A stretch of DNA of 64,000 nucleotides, taken from positions 111,223 through 175,222 of the IMG/VR virus record IMGVR_UViG_3300000976_000008. The stretch is one strand, 5' to 3'. Source of the stretch: a virus. Taxonomy: Duplodnaviria > Heunggongvirae > Uroviricota > Caudoviricetes. The notes under the pieces were generated by a model that saw nothing but the letters and a program-made list of their open reading frames with translations, was not told the DNA's origin and ran no database searches. Positions 8,579 to 17,052 of the stretch are shown here, piece by piece. The stretch's first letter is position 1. Every line of letters begins with the position of its first letter. Both the position numbers and the translations under genes were made by a program.

Positions 8579-9997
8579 TTAGAACATTTCAGCAGCTTTT
8601 AGGCATCCAGCCGCGACACTGTATAAAGGCTGCTTAGACTTGTAAATCTTACCAATATCGAACGGGACTTCTTTTTCCTTAAACTTCGCAGAAACTCTCT
8701 CAGCGAATCCAGGAGGAGAACTAGTACCACCAGCCATGTAGACATTAACTGCCCCATCAATCCTAGCCTTATCTTCATTCTCCACGAAGCCAGCAATAAC
8801 ACCGTCGACCACATTAGAGATCAATACATCGTAATGAATGCAGATATCTAATCCAACACGATCATCGGGTTCACTGTCCTTTTTCAGACTGATTTCATGC
8901 TTTCGTTTAGCAACAGTCGTCGGAGTCTCCTTAGATTTCTGCATAGATTGTGGGGCATCAGGGTCGTAGCCATGACGCTTAGCAACCTCAGTATCAATCC
9001 AATCGCCTGAGCCAACATAACAGAATGAATAAATCTCTTCACCCCATTTCACATAGCTGACTGTGACAGTACCCGCTCCCCAAGAGATGCCAATTCCAGT
9101 ACCATCACCACCTTCATCCATGTCGAGGACAATGGCGTGTGATTCCTTAATCGCACCTTTACGATCATCATAAGGACCAACCAAATCGATCTTAGCTTCA
9201 GTCTCGTATCCCTCGATAATCAGGTTGACAACTCTCTCATGATACTCAATATTGGTTGTCTTTTTATTGATTGCTGGTGCTGTGGTACAGTAGGTGATTT
9301 TTACTTCGTCACCAAAGCTACCAATCTCATTTTCCGCCATCTCAATGAGACCTTGGACGATACTTCCAAGGATCATCATAGCTTCTTCATCGGCGGCAAT
9401 CCCACCTTCCGCCATTGGACGACGAAGTGTGTCGTTTTTGGCGTAGGCGAATTCTTCGGCATCTTTACCGAGCACTACAATTTGATCGGTTTCCGGCATC
9501 TTAATCCATCGTGCCGCTCTCTTAGTTCCATCTGATCTCTGTTTGTTCGGATCAGAAAGAAGTTTCTCAATGAATTTAGTAGCTCTTTCGAATGGCCACC
9601 ATCCATTGATCTCAGAAATATATCCAATCTTGTCGTCTTCGCCTCTATAAGCGACTACAACTGTTTTAGTGCCAATATCAATACCGAGGTGACTCATAGC
9701 TACTCTTTTTCCAGTGAAAATATCCCCAAGTCTATTTACTTGTGGATTTTCTTCATGTTCTAAGGTCGAAACTCGACCAATTATATTAGTTTCAACCGCC
9801 ACCACTTGGCTTGCAACAACTTCCACTGTCTCCGGAATCGGTGTCTTTGGTTGCGGCTGCTCGTTTAGCGGTTTCTTCAGCACTAACTGATTTACTGTCT
9901 TTTGCTTTACTGGAGCTGTCTTGGTTGTCTGGCATTTGATTACCTTTGTTTCTTCGGACTTTACTTTAACTACTTTTGAGAAATTATGTATCGCCAT
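8579..9997 (-). CDS. Actin-fold ATPase (MreB/FtsA/ParM superfamily) with K/V/T/Q-rich N-terminal extension
   Basis: GIDIGTKTVVVA (phosphate 1), ISWGAGTVTVS (phosphate 2), VYMAGGTS (adenosine), PLYSVAAG (connect 2); start set at 9997 to avoid a 200-nt overlap. Confidence 0.85.
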   Translation of the reverse strand: MAIHNFSKVVKVKSEETKVIKCQTTKTAPVKQKTVNQLVLKKPLNEQPQPKTPIPETVEVVASQVVAVETNIIGRVSTLEHEENPQVNRLGDIFTGKRVAMSHLGIDIGTKTVVVAYRGEDDKIGYISEINGWWPFERATKFIEKLLSDPNKQRSDGTKRAARWIKMPETDQIVVLGKDAEEFAYAKNDTLRRPMAEGGIAADEEAMMILGSIVQGLIEMAENEIGSFGDEVKITYCTTAPAINKKTTNIEYHERVVNLIIEGYETEAKIDLVGPYDDRKGAIKESHAIVLDMDEGGDGTGIGISWGAGTVTVSYVKWGEEIYSFCYVGSGDWIDTEVAKRHGYDPDAPQSMQKSKETPTTVAKRKHEISLKKDSEPDDRVGLDICIHYDVLISNVVDGVIAGFVENEDKARIDGAVNVYMAGGTSSPPGFAERVSAKFKEKEVPFDIGKIYKSKQPLYSVAAGCLKAAEMF

Positions 9998-10325
9998 CGT
10001 CTTTGTCGACACGAGAGCCGAAGCCCCCTTTTGCTCTTGGCGGTTTTCTAAGTCTTGGTGCGATTTCTTCTGGTTTAAGGCTTCTAGCTGCTGGTGCTTC
10101 TTTTTTGCTTGCTCGTCCGCCCTCGCCCGTGACTTGTTGAGGTCGTTCTGTATAGCTTTGAGAGGGTCCTTGGGTCTTGACATTTGAGATCGCTTTCAAA
10201 AGAGACGAAACATCAAATTTAGAAATTGTCTCAATTGACTTGCAAACACAAAGTGTTAAAGCAGCAGCACATACCAAAATGCCTATCAAAAAAATAGAAA
10301 GAACTATTTCAAAACCAGACATCAA
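9984..10325 (-). CDS. Single-pass membrane protein with basic C-terminus
   Basis: N-terminal hydrophobic stretch IVLSIFLIGILVCAAALTLCV. Confidence 0.65.
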   Translation of the reverse strand: MMSGFEIVLSIFLIGILVCAAALTLCVCKSIETISKFDVSSLLKAISNVKTQGPSQSYTERPQQVTGEGGRASKKEAPAARSLKPEEIAPRLRKPPRAKGGFGSRVDKDDGDT

Positions 10326-11740
10326 GCATGACCAATTCTAATTAAAGGAATGCCTAGAGAAGTAGCTAACTTCCCCAATTGAGAAACACCATAATTAGAA
10401 TATTCAAATTCTTTCCTAGTAGCCTCAGAATCAGATAAGACAACACCACCGTCGTAATAATCTATTTTCGACGAATGGCTCTTACCATCAACAATCTTAT
10501 TATCACATCCAAACAATGAAATAGATTTAGGCCCAAGAAAAAGAGCAAAATTCAAGGCATGGTGTAAAGGATTATCAAAATTGCAAAATGGTGGCAATTC
10601 TGAAACCACAGTACCCCTAAGACTAGAAGATTCAAATTGATAGCAATCCTCAACCACATTAGCCGCAGGAACATATTGAGCAGTAGCCCTATCCCTGAGT
10701 TTCATCGGCAAAACGAAGTTCTTATCTTTATAATGAGTCCTCAATTCAATCGCAACATGAGATGAATTGGTGACCACATAATCCGATCCAATAACAATTC
10801 CCATATAATCAATAGAAATTATTATATCATTGCGATAAATCAAAGCAGGATCGATATCGTCAATAGATGAGCCAGTCCCAACAACAGCAATGGACTTATT
10901 GGACGCAGTATTTTTAAGATCAAATAAAGAACCCAATTCAGGCTGGTGTTTCTGTAAGAACCATTCAATTGAGTGGATAGATCGTGCTTGAAAATCAAGC
11001 AAATTCGAGAGACGACCTGTATCAATTCTAGAAGATTCCAAATTTCTTGCAGAAAAGAATCTACCAGAATACTTAGGAATCCAAATCTCCGCGATCCTTG
11101 CCAGATTTCTAATTGTATACGCATCATTTGAGGTATCTTGACGAACAGCGATATAACTATCATCCTCAACCTCAACACCGCCACCAAGCAACCAAGACCT
11201 CAACGAGATCTCAAGATCGTAACCAGATCCACGTTTCATCATCTCGTCGAAACCACCGAGACGTTCAAACCAATTTGAAGTTACGACAATACAGCTAGAC
11301 GATATAGATGGAGAATCAGAAGTTCCCATCGCAGGTCTACTATAAAGAGACAAGTCCCATCGCCAACCCCACCTCTGCCACGAAGAATTTTCGGTCGCCC
11401 AAAATTCAGTGTTCAAAGTATGAATGACAGGGCTAACGAGTTTCTTAGAATCTGCAACCCTAGCAATCAAAGGTTGAAGCCAATTCTGACTCAGTTTAGT
11501 AGTATCATTCAAGAACACCAATTCACTTGATCTGGCTTCTTTTGCTGCAGCATTCCAACAAGATGGCTTACCAGCGTGATCAGTATGAATCACACGAACC
11601 AAATCATTAGTATAATCAGACCCCGTATCATCACAAACAATCACTTCGTCGATTAAATGCGGAGGAGTCTTATCAAAAATCTCAGATATAGTATTATCTA
11701 TATATTTCGTATCTAAGAGATAAACTATAATCGAAGCCAT
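10322..11740 (-). CDS. GT27/ppGalNAc-T-like glycosyltransferase domain fused to a DUF115/sialyltransferase-like domain
   Basis: TPPHLIDEVIVCDD, NWLQPLIARV, LVSPVIH, WFERLGGFD..DLEISLRSWLLGG; C-terminal AVVGTGSSI..ISLFGCD. Confidence 0.7.
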   Translation of the reverse strand: MASIIVYLLDTKYIDNTISEIFDKTPPHLIDEVIVCDDTGSDYTNDLVRVIHTDHAGKPSCWNAAAKEARSSELVFLNDTTKLSQNWLQPLIARVADSKKLVSPVIHTLNTEFWATENSSWQRWGWRWDLSLYSRPAMGTSDSPSISSSCIVVTSNWFERLGGFDEMMKRGSGYDLEISLRSWLLGGGVEVEDDSYIAVRQDTSNDAYTIRNLARIAEIWIPKYSGRFFSARNLESSRIDTGRLSNLLDFQARSIHSIEWFLQKHQPELGSLFDLKNTASNKSIAVVGTGSSIDDIDPALIYRNDIIISIDYMGIVIGSDYVVTNSSHVAIELRTHYKDKNFVLPMKLRDRATAQYVPAANVVEDCYQFESSSLRGTVVSELPPFCNFDNPLHHALNFALFLGPKSISLFGCDNKIVDGKSHSSKIDYYDGGVVLSDSEATRKEFEYSNYGVSQLGKLATSLGIPLIRIGHA

Positions 11741-11754
11741 CTTTTTCCTCTCAT

Positions 11755-13584
11755 CTACGTACGCACACGATAACTACGTGTGCCCAACTGTATCTGAGGG
11801 GAATTGCCTACCAAATCATCCGAGCCAGACGTCGAAGATGCCGAAAATTCTTCGAATGGAGGCGGCGGGAAGGTTGGTGGTGTTGTTGGCGACGATGGCG
11901 GGGGTGTGGGTGGCGGTGTTGGAGGAGGGACAGGAGGTGGGACTGGTGGAGGAGGAACTGGCGGCGGAACTGGTGGCTCCTCTGGCGGTTCCTCCTCCTC
12001 ACCACACGGAGCGTCCTGAACATTTGGGCAATAGAAAAAATCATCCTGACAGCACTCAGAGGATGTCGGTTGCGGTGCGGTAACAATAGCATGTGGATAC
12101 TGGCCATCTCTAACAGAATCTGGGCCAAACCATGTTGCCGTCGAATCACAAGCCGGGATATTGGTGTCAGGAATCCAGTTGAATTTATGCCTATCATAAT
12201 GCCTCTGAGAAAAGCAACCAGCTTGAGGATTCCAATGCAAAAGATCTAAATCAGGAATATCATCCTCAGGAAGCTCAACAACATAACGGTTAATCCTCTT
12301 ACATTCTTCCAAAGTCATCTCAGCAGAAGCGAAAACGCTAGTCAAAGCATTTCCATCTGCAAGAGAATCAGAATCAGGAAGAAGAGCTATCTTATCATAA
12401 CACAGTTCAGCAAGAAGATCAGCACATAAAGTGTAAATGATCTCATTCTCGCAATCAAGTCTCGTATTCACAATCGGACAAGTTGCTCGAATATTTGTGC
12501 CATCAATAAGACACTCAACAATACGAACCCTACATTCGCCAGGGATACCTTTAGGACCCTTCGGACCACGCTGCCTCGCCTTCACACAAAAGTCGACACC
12601 CAAATCTTCCCACGAAGAACCCGTAGGCAAGAAAATAGAACCGCTGACAATACCCGTAGTAGGATCAAACTGAACCGACGAAGACGTTAACGTCTCATCA
12701 ATCTGAACAAAATTCACCGAAGAACTGACAGTGATCTTAGAAGGATCGACAGGATTAATATCAATAGTAATATCAGGAGTCGGAGAAAAAACAGCATCAG
12801 AATCGAAAATCGCAACCTGGCTAAGCTCTATATCACCAACATTACTCTTAGAAACACCCAAACTTCTTTGAAGGAAAAGATTTCTAGTCTCTTGAAATTG
12901 CGGAAGAACCTCATTCCTCGGATCATTGCCGCTAAAGAAAATAGCAAGATTGTCAAGCTGATCTACAGCAGTCGCACCAACACCACTAGTAACAGAAAAC
13001 AACCTGACAGAAACATCAGGAACAATATTACTAGGTAAAGTGACAGGACCACTTACTGTTAGTGGCGTAGGAACAAAAATCGCAAAATCTAAACGATTAT
13101 CAACAATCGCCGATGGCGAGTAACACAACTCAGGTGCACCAGGTGTACCATCAAGACCTTTATCGCCCTGCTCACCCTTAGGACCTTTAGAACCAGGACA
13201 AACCTGCTTCATCAGAATCTGAAAGAAACGACCCTTATCAATTTCAATTCTAAGACAATTTTCACCCTCTTGGCGAAAACGGAACAATTTGTCACTAGAA
13301 CGGAAATAATACCAGTAAGCATCTCTACCAGGCAAAAGCTTGAAAGGTCGCAAATCTGGATTACTATTAGAATATGATTCTAATCGTCGAAGATTCTCAA
13401 AGATGTCAGGCGTTACCAGACCATCATTATCTTCGGATACATCTGGTACCGAGCTAATTTTTCCGGCAGAAATCCAACCTTTAGATTCTGCATCAAATCG
13501 CCACCTATTGCCGTAAGCGTCGCATATTTCTTGCCCGTCCTGTCCATTTCGAGGCAGAGATGCTCTAATATCGCTAGCGGACAT
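11755..13584 (-). CDS. Collagen-repeat, Cys-rich, poly-Pro-tailed protein (probable virion fibre/structural protein)
   Basis: GxY runs GSKGPKGEQGDKGLDGTPGAP and GPKGPKGIPG; PPVPPPVPPPPVPPPVPPPTPPPTPPP tail. Confidence 0.7.
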   Translation of the reverse strand: MSASDIRASLPRNGQDGQEICDAYGNRWRFDAESKGWISAGKISSVPDVSEDNDGLVTPDIFENLRRLESYSNSNPDLRPFKLLPGRDAYWYYFRSSDKLFRFRQEGENCLRIEIDKGRFFQILMKQVCPGSKGPKGEQGDKGLDGTPGAPELCYSPSAIVDNRLDFAIFVPTPLTVSGPVTLPSNIVPDVSVRLFSVTSGVGATAVDQLDNLAIFFSGNDPRNEVLPQFQETRNLFLQRSLGVSKSNVGDIELSQVAIFDSDAVFSPTPDITIDINPVDPSKITVSSSVNFVQIDETLTSSSVQFDPTTGIVSGSIFLPTGSSWEDLGVDFCVKARQRGPKGPKGIPGECRVRIVECLIDGTNIRATCPIVNTRLDCENEIIYTLCADLLAELCYDKIALLPDSDSLADGNALTSVFASAEMTLEECKRINRYVVELPEDDIPDLDLLHWNPQAGCFSQRHYDRHKFNWIPDTNIPACDSTATWFGPDSVRDGQYPHAIVTAPQPTSSECCQDDFFYCPNVQDAPCGEEEEPPEEPPVPPPVPPPPVPPPVPPPTPPPTPPPSSPTTPPTFPPPPFEEFSASSTSGSDDLVGNSPQIQLGTRSYRVRT

Positions 13585-13585
13585 T

Positions 13586-13699
13586 TTATCCCTTTACGTA
13601 GCCATTCCCATCGCATTGGTGACATGTTTCTTTGGTGCCGTAACAACCATCTTGGGTTCCAGTACCATTGTGCCAACCGCACTTCTTACCATCAGCCAT
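13586..13699 (-). CDS. 37-aa Cys-rich peptide (MADGKKCGWHNGTGTQDGCYGTKETCHQCDGNGYVKG)
   Basis: Below the ORF-track cutoff; fills the gap between two co-oriented genes; CxxCxGxG motif. Confidence 0.45.
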   Translation of the reverse strand: MADGKKCGWHNGTGTQDGCYGTKETCHQCDGNGYVKG

Positions 13700-13731
13700 G
13701 AGTTTGATAGCCTATTCTAATTTTGTCGCCG

Positions 13732-14286
13732 TTATCCCTTGTAGTTCCAAACCTCTTCATTATATTCGCCGGAATTATTTACCACAAATCTAGCCAATAC
13801 AAATAAATAATCACTCAATCGATTCAGATAAGGAATTACTAATTCAAATTTCTTAATTCTATTTGGGTTTTCGATCCAATCTGTTTCATAGAGAAATTCT
13901 ACCGCCGATCTTTCTGCTCTCCTACAGACGCATCGAGCGACATGGATCTGGGATGGCCCATTTGGCAATATGAAATTGGTCAACGGAGGAAGTGTGCCCT
14001 CCATCTCGTCCATTTTCTTCTCAAGAAGATCTATCGATTCTTGAGTTATTCTTTGTTTGAAATTTTTAGGAGTAGAGTTAAGCTGTGCTCCAATTTCGAG
14101 TAAGTCTTCCTGCACTTTCTTGAGTTCATCTGCTCTGATGACTTGAGATCTTATTGCACCAATCCAGGCGTTTACTTCGTCTAATTCGCCTTGAATTATT
14201 ACTGCTGGATGTGATTTTCTTCTTGTTTGACCCTCGGAAAATGTTGTTCCTTCATCTCCGGTCTTCGTGTAGATCTTCATGTTCAA
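13732..14286 (-). CDS. pduO: ATP:cob(I)alamin adenosyltransferase, PduO type
   Basis: KIYTKTGDEGTT, GELDEVNAWIG, HVARCVCRRAER, YLNRLSDYLFVLAR. Confidence 0.93.
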   Translation of the reverse strand: MNMKIYTKTGDEGTTFSEGQTRRKSHPAVIIQGELDEVNAWIGAIRSQVIRADELKKVQEDLLEIGAQLNSTPKNFKQRITQESIDLLEKKMDEMEGTLPPLTNFILPNGPSQIHVARCVCRRAERSAVEFLYETDWIENPNRIKKFELVIPYLNRLSDYLFVLARFVVNNSGEYNEEVWNYKG

Positions 14287-14653
14287 GCTTATATTTTGGG
14301 GTTAACAGTTTTACAGTTTCGAAATTCTCGAAGGAATAATACTAATATAAAAATTCCTTCCCCGTCCTATAAAAATAAATGAGTTTCAGTTAAGAAAACA
14401 ATTAAATTTTAGGAGGGTTAGCGAGCAAAATCACCTAAGTGAAATCGTCACAACAAGATTACAGAAAAGCTCCGACACGCCGAATTTTAGTGGGGAAGGG
14501 TAAGTGTGTGTCGGTCGAAATCTGGTCTAATGCTCCTGCCGTCGTCAACTCCCGCCAGGGAGTCCGTTACACTCTATCAGTTTTGGTGCACTCAGGAACG
14601 TTCGAGTTATTTGATAAGCATTACTTTAACTGCTAGTGCTTCCGGTTTTACGC

Positions 14654-14821
14654 CTATGCCTGGTCTTTTGGAATTTTAGTCTTTTGGACTGTTGATTTTT
14701 TGACTGTTGTTTCTTTTAATGCAGATGGTACCCAAGCTGAGCCTGGCATACGTTTGCTGCGAAATTTTGACTGTTGTTTCTGTTGTTTAAATTGTTTCTT
14801 TTGTTTCAGGGTTAGTTTCAT
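14654..14821 (-). CDS. Possible 55-aa Lys/Gln-rich basic peptide (MKLTLKQKKQFKQQKQQSKFRSKR...)
   Basis: ATG at 14821 to TAG at 14654; A-rich coding strand like other genes here; explains the local TTTTGACTGTTGTTTCT repeats. Confidence 0.4.
   Translation of the reverse strand: MKLTLKQKKQFKQQKQQSKFRSKRMPGSAWVPSALKETTVKKSTVQKTKIPKDQA
14698..14781. repeat. 17-bp direct repeat TTTTGACTGTTGTTTCT (14698-14714 and 14765-14781), plus a degenerate copy near 14682
   Basis: Read directly from the sequence. Confidence 0.8.
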
Positions 14822-14944
14822 TGTTTAACGCATAGATCTGCCGCTGGTACACCAGGTAATTCTAACGCACTTATCAAACCTGTGGTGACTTTAGCCATGG
14901 GCAGCCAGTTCTCCAACCAGATCGGCCCTGCAATTTCCTTTAGA

Positions 14945-15064
14945 CCCGCCATCCGTGCGGGCTGATTGAAACGGGAAGCCTTCCACAAGGGTAGGACTTA
15001 CCACACCCAATTTCCAAGGTGTGGGTAGGAAATGTTTTCAAAACCCTAAAGCGTTTCAACCCGC
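14945..15064. ncRNA. Candidate structured RNA element (nested long hairpin), family unknown
   Basis: GCGGG/TTGAAACG (14957-14973) pairs with CGTTTCAA/CCCGC (15052-15064); AGGGT (14988) with ACCCT (15043); CCACACC (15001) with GGTGTGG (15018). Confidence 0.4.
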
Positions 15065-15172
15065 CAAAGCTAACAGACTCAATTTAACAGTGAAACAGTC
15101 ACTGCTATGTCGGTGGAGTTAGATAGCCACCGTCGTCATCCTAAATACAACATTAATGACGAAAGATAGAAA

Positions 15173-15577
15173 CTATATTTTGAGATCACTTTTGAAACGA
15201 CAATATTCGACAGTCGTTAATTGAGTCCAACTTTTAAGACTCTCAATATTAGCATAGAATTTTTTATCTTTTACCCCGTTCTGTGGGTCAAAGACTTGCC
15301 AACCATTCTCATCATCATTAGTGACAACAATTCGATGATTACCACCAACAACATTCAGACTAGGAACAGTAACAATCTGTACTTTATCGAAAATCAAATG
15401 GGTGAAAGAATGAAGAGTGGGCAAATATCCTAACCGCACCCACTGCATAAATTCACTTTTCAAATCAGATTCATCATCTAGATCGTGATAAATCGATTCT
15501 TGGTGACAGTTAGAAACCATCGCGATACACGCAGCAACGCATGCATCATCTTTGAACTGCTTCTGTAAGGTTATCAT
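15173..15577 (-). CDS. Peptidase C39-like (papain fold) protein
   Basis: Q..DACVAACIAMV (Cys), NHRIVV (His), VFDP (Asp). Confidence 0.65.
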   Translation of the reverse strand: MITLQKQFKDDACVAACIAMVSNCHQESIYHDLDDESDLKSEFMQWVRLGYLPTLHSFTHLIFDKVQIVTVPSLNVVGGNHRIVVTNDDENGWQVFDPQNGVKDKKFYANIESLKSWTQLTTVEYCRFKSDLKI

Positions 15578-16674
15578 AACTCGTTCTCTTCAAGTGCATA
15601 TTCTTGGTCGCCTTCATTGACAACCTCTGAGTGAACCCGATGAAGAACCTTTTCATCAAGCTCTTTAGTTCCTCTAGCATCTGCAGCAGTGAAAGCACTA
15701 AACAGACTACTGTACATTGAAGGATCAACACCCTTGGTAATTTGGGCTTTCTCTTCCTTCTTTTTATTAACATCCCACCATCGAACAATCCGAGCACCCT
15801 TTTCGATGAGTTCTTTCCTGATTGAATTTTTCTCGTCCTGAGTATACTCGCGTTGCAATCCAATGCGAATCATGTTATTGTAAACATCTGATTCAGTCTT
15901 CTCGGGAAGCTTATCATCCATGAAAGTGTGGAATTGTGGTGGAGCTATCTCATCTGGGAAGAATTTGCTTCCAGCCTTCCAGATGTTAATAAATTTGTGC
16001 GAATCTTCCTCTAAATCATAAACATAGAATCCGTGAGGAACGTCACCTTCATCGAATTTGAAAGGAATTGGAGAACCTGGATACCAACAGTTTTCACCGA
16101 TTTGCTGTTTACTATGGAAGTGACCAGTGTAGATTCGATGGAATGGAGTATCTTCGAAAGTGACGACAGACCAATCCTTTAATAGAAAACAAGTGTTGTA
16201 AAGTGCTCCGCGTACTCCAACATGCGTTAAGAGGCAATCACCCTCTTCTACCTGTTTCTCAATTCTTCTGACCACCTTCATAAACGATTTCTCATATGTG
16301 ACGAAGGGAAGAACCCAGAAACGTCTATCGTCTAGTCGAAGGAGTTTGACATCTTCAATAACCGTCAAATGCTGTCGAAGAGCCGTCAAACTGTTCACTT
16401 CCCACGAGTGCCGCAGAAACATGTCATGATTGCCGGGGAAAACAATCCAATTTTGTTTATACTTCTCTTTAGTTTCTTCGAAGAACTTAGCAACCGCTGA
16501 GAGAACGTCGATGCTAATTGAAGTCCTGTCATGAAACAGGTCCCCAAGTATTAAATTAGTATCGATCCCAGCAGAAGCGAAATATTCACGCTGAACTCTA
16601 CAAGCCCATAAAATGTCTTGGAGTCGTTCAGGAACTCCAAAATGGATATCTGCAGTAATTCCAACTTTTGACAT
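15574..16674 (-). CDS. sbcD: Mre11/SbcD/gp47-like metallophosphoesterase nuclease
   Basis: ADIHFG, GDLFHDR, PGNHD, THVG, YTGHFH, YPGSP. Confidence 0.92.
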   Translation of the reverse strand: MSKVGITADIHFGVPERLQDILWACRVQREYFASAGIDTNLILGDLFHDRTSISIDVLSAVAKFFEETKEKYKQNWIVFPGNHDMFLRHSWEVNSLTALRQHLTVIEDVKLLRLDDRRFWVLPFVTYEKSFMKVVRRIEKQVEEGDCLLTHVGVRGALYNTCFLLKDWSVVTFEDTPFHRIYTGHFHSKQQIGENCWYPGSPIPFKFDEGDVPHGFYVYDLEEDSHKFINIWKAGSKFFPDEIAPPQFHTFMDDKLPEKTESDVYNNMIRIGLQREYTQDEKNSIRKELIEKGARIVRWWDVNKKKEEKAQITKGVDPSMYSSLFSAFTAADARGTKELDEKVLHRVHSEVVNEGDQEYALEENEL

Positions 16675-16737
16675 GAAACTCTCTTTAACTGGAAGCTTTG
16701 TTTCGCAAAATATTTACAAACAATATCAGGCGAGCAA

Positions 16738-17052
16738 ATGATACTAAGAATAGTTGAAACATTCGACCACAAACAACTTGACGATAAACGTTCAATATTG
16801 ATCAGAGTCAGAAAGAATGATTCTGATTATGAAACAGCCATTCAAGACCCTGATTGTCCCAAAGAACTCTTAGAGTCATGCGTCATATCTAATAATGGCG
16901 TAAACTATAGAGATTTGGAAAAGAAGATAGTATCTTGGATGGACGAAAATTGGGTAGTCACAGATGTCGTACCAATTGAGAACGAAGCAACCTGCCTACT
17001 TCTCATGACGCCCGAATCAGAGTACGATGAGTACGAACATGAAAATCCATAA
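16738..17052 (+). CDS. Hypothetical protein
   Basis: 104-aa ORF starting the plus-strand block. Confidence 0.65.
   Translation: MILRIVETFDHKQLDDKRSILIRVRKNDSDYETAIQDPDCPKELLESCVISNNGVNYRDLEKKIVSWMDENWVVTDVVPIENEATCLLLMTPESEYDEYEHENP

Noticed and set aside
11778-12197. Gly-rich and His/Arg-rich ORFs in the track
   Set aside because: Shadow frames produced by the poly-proline codons of 11755-13584.
14287-15172. Cobalamin riboswitch, tmRNA, RNase P RNA, or group I/II intron
   Set aside because: I could not find the B12-box/GGGAA core, tRNA-like ends, GAGGAAAGUCC, P7 or domain V motifs on either strand.
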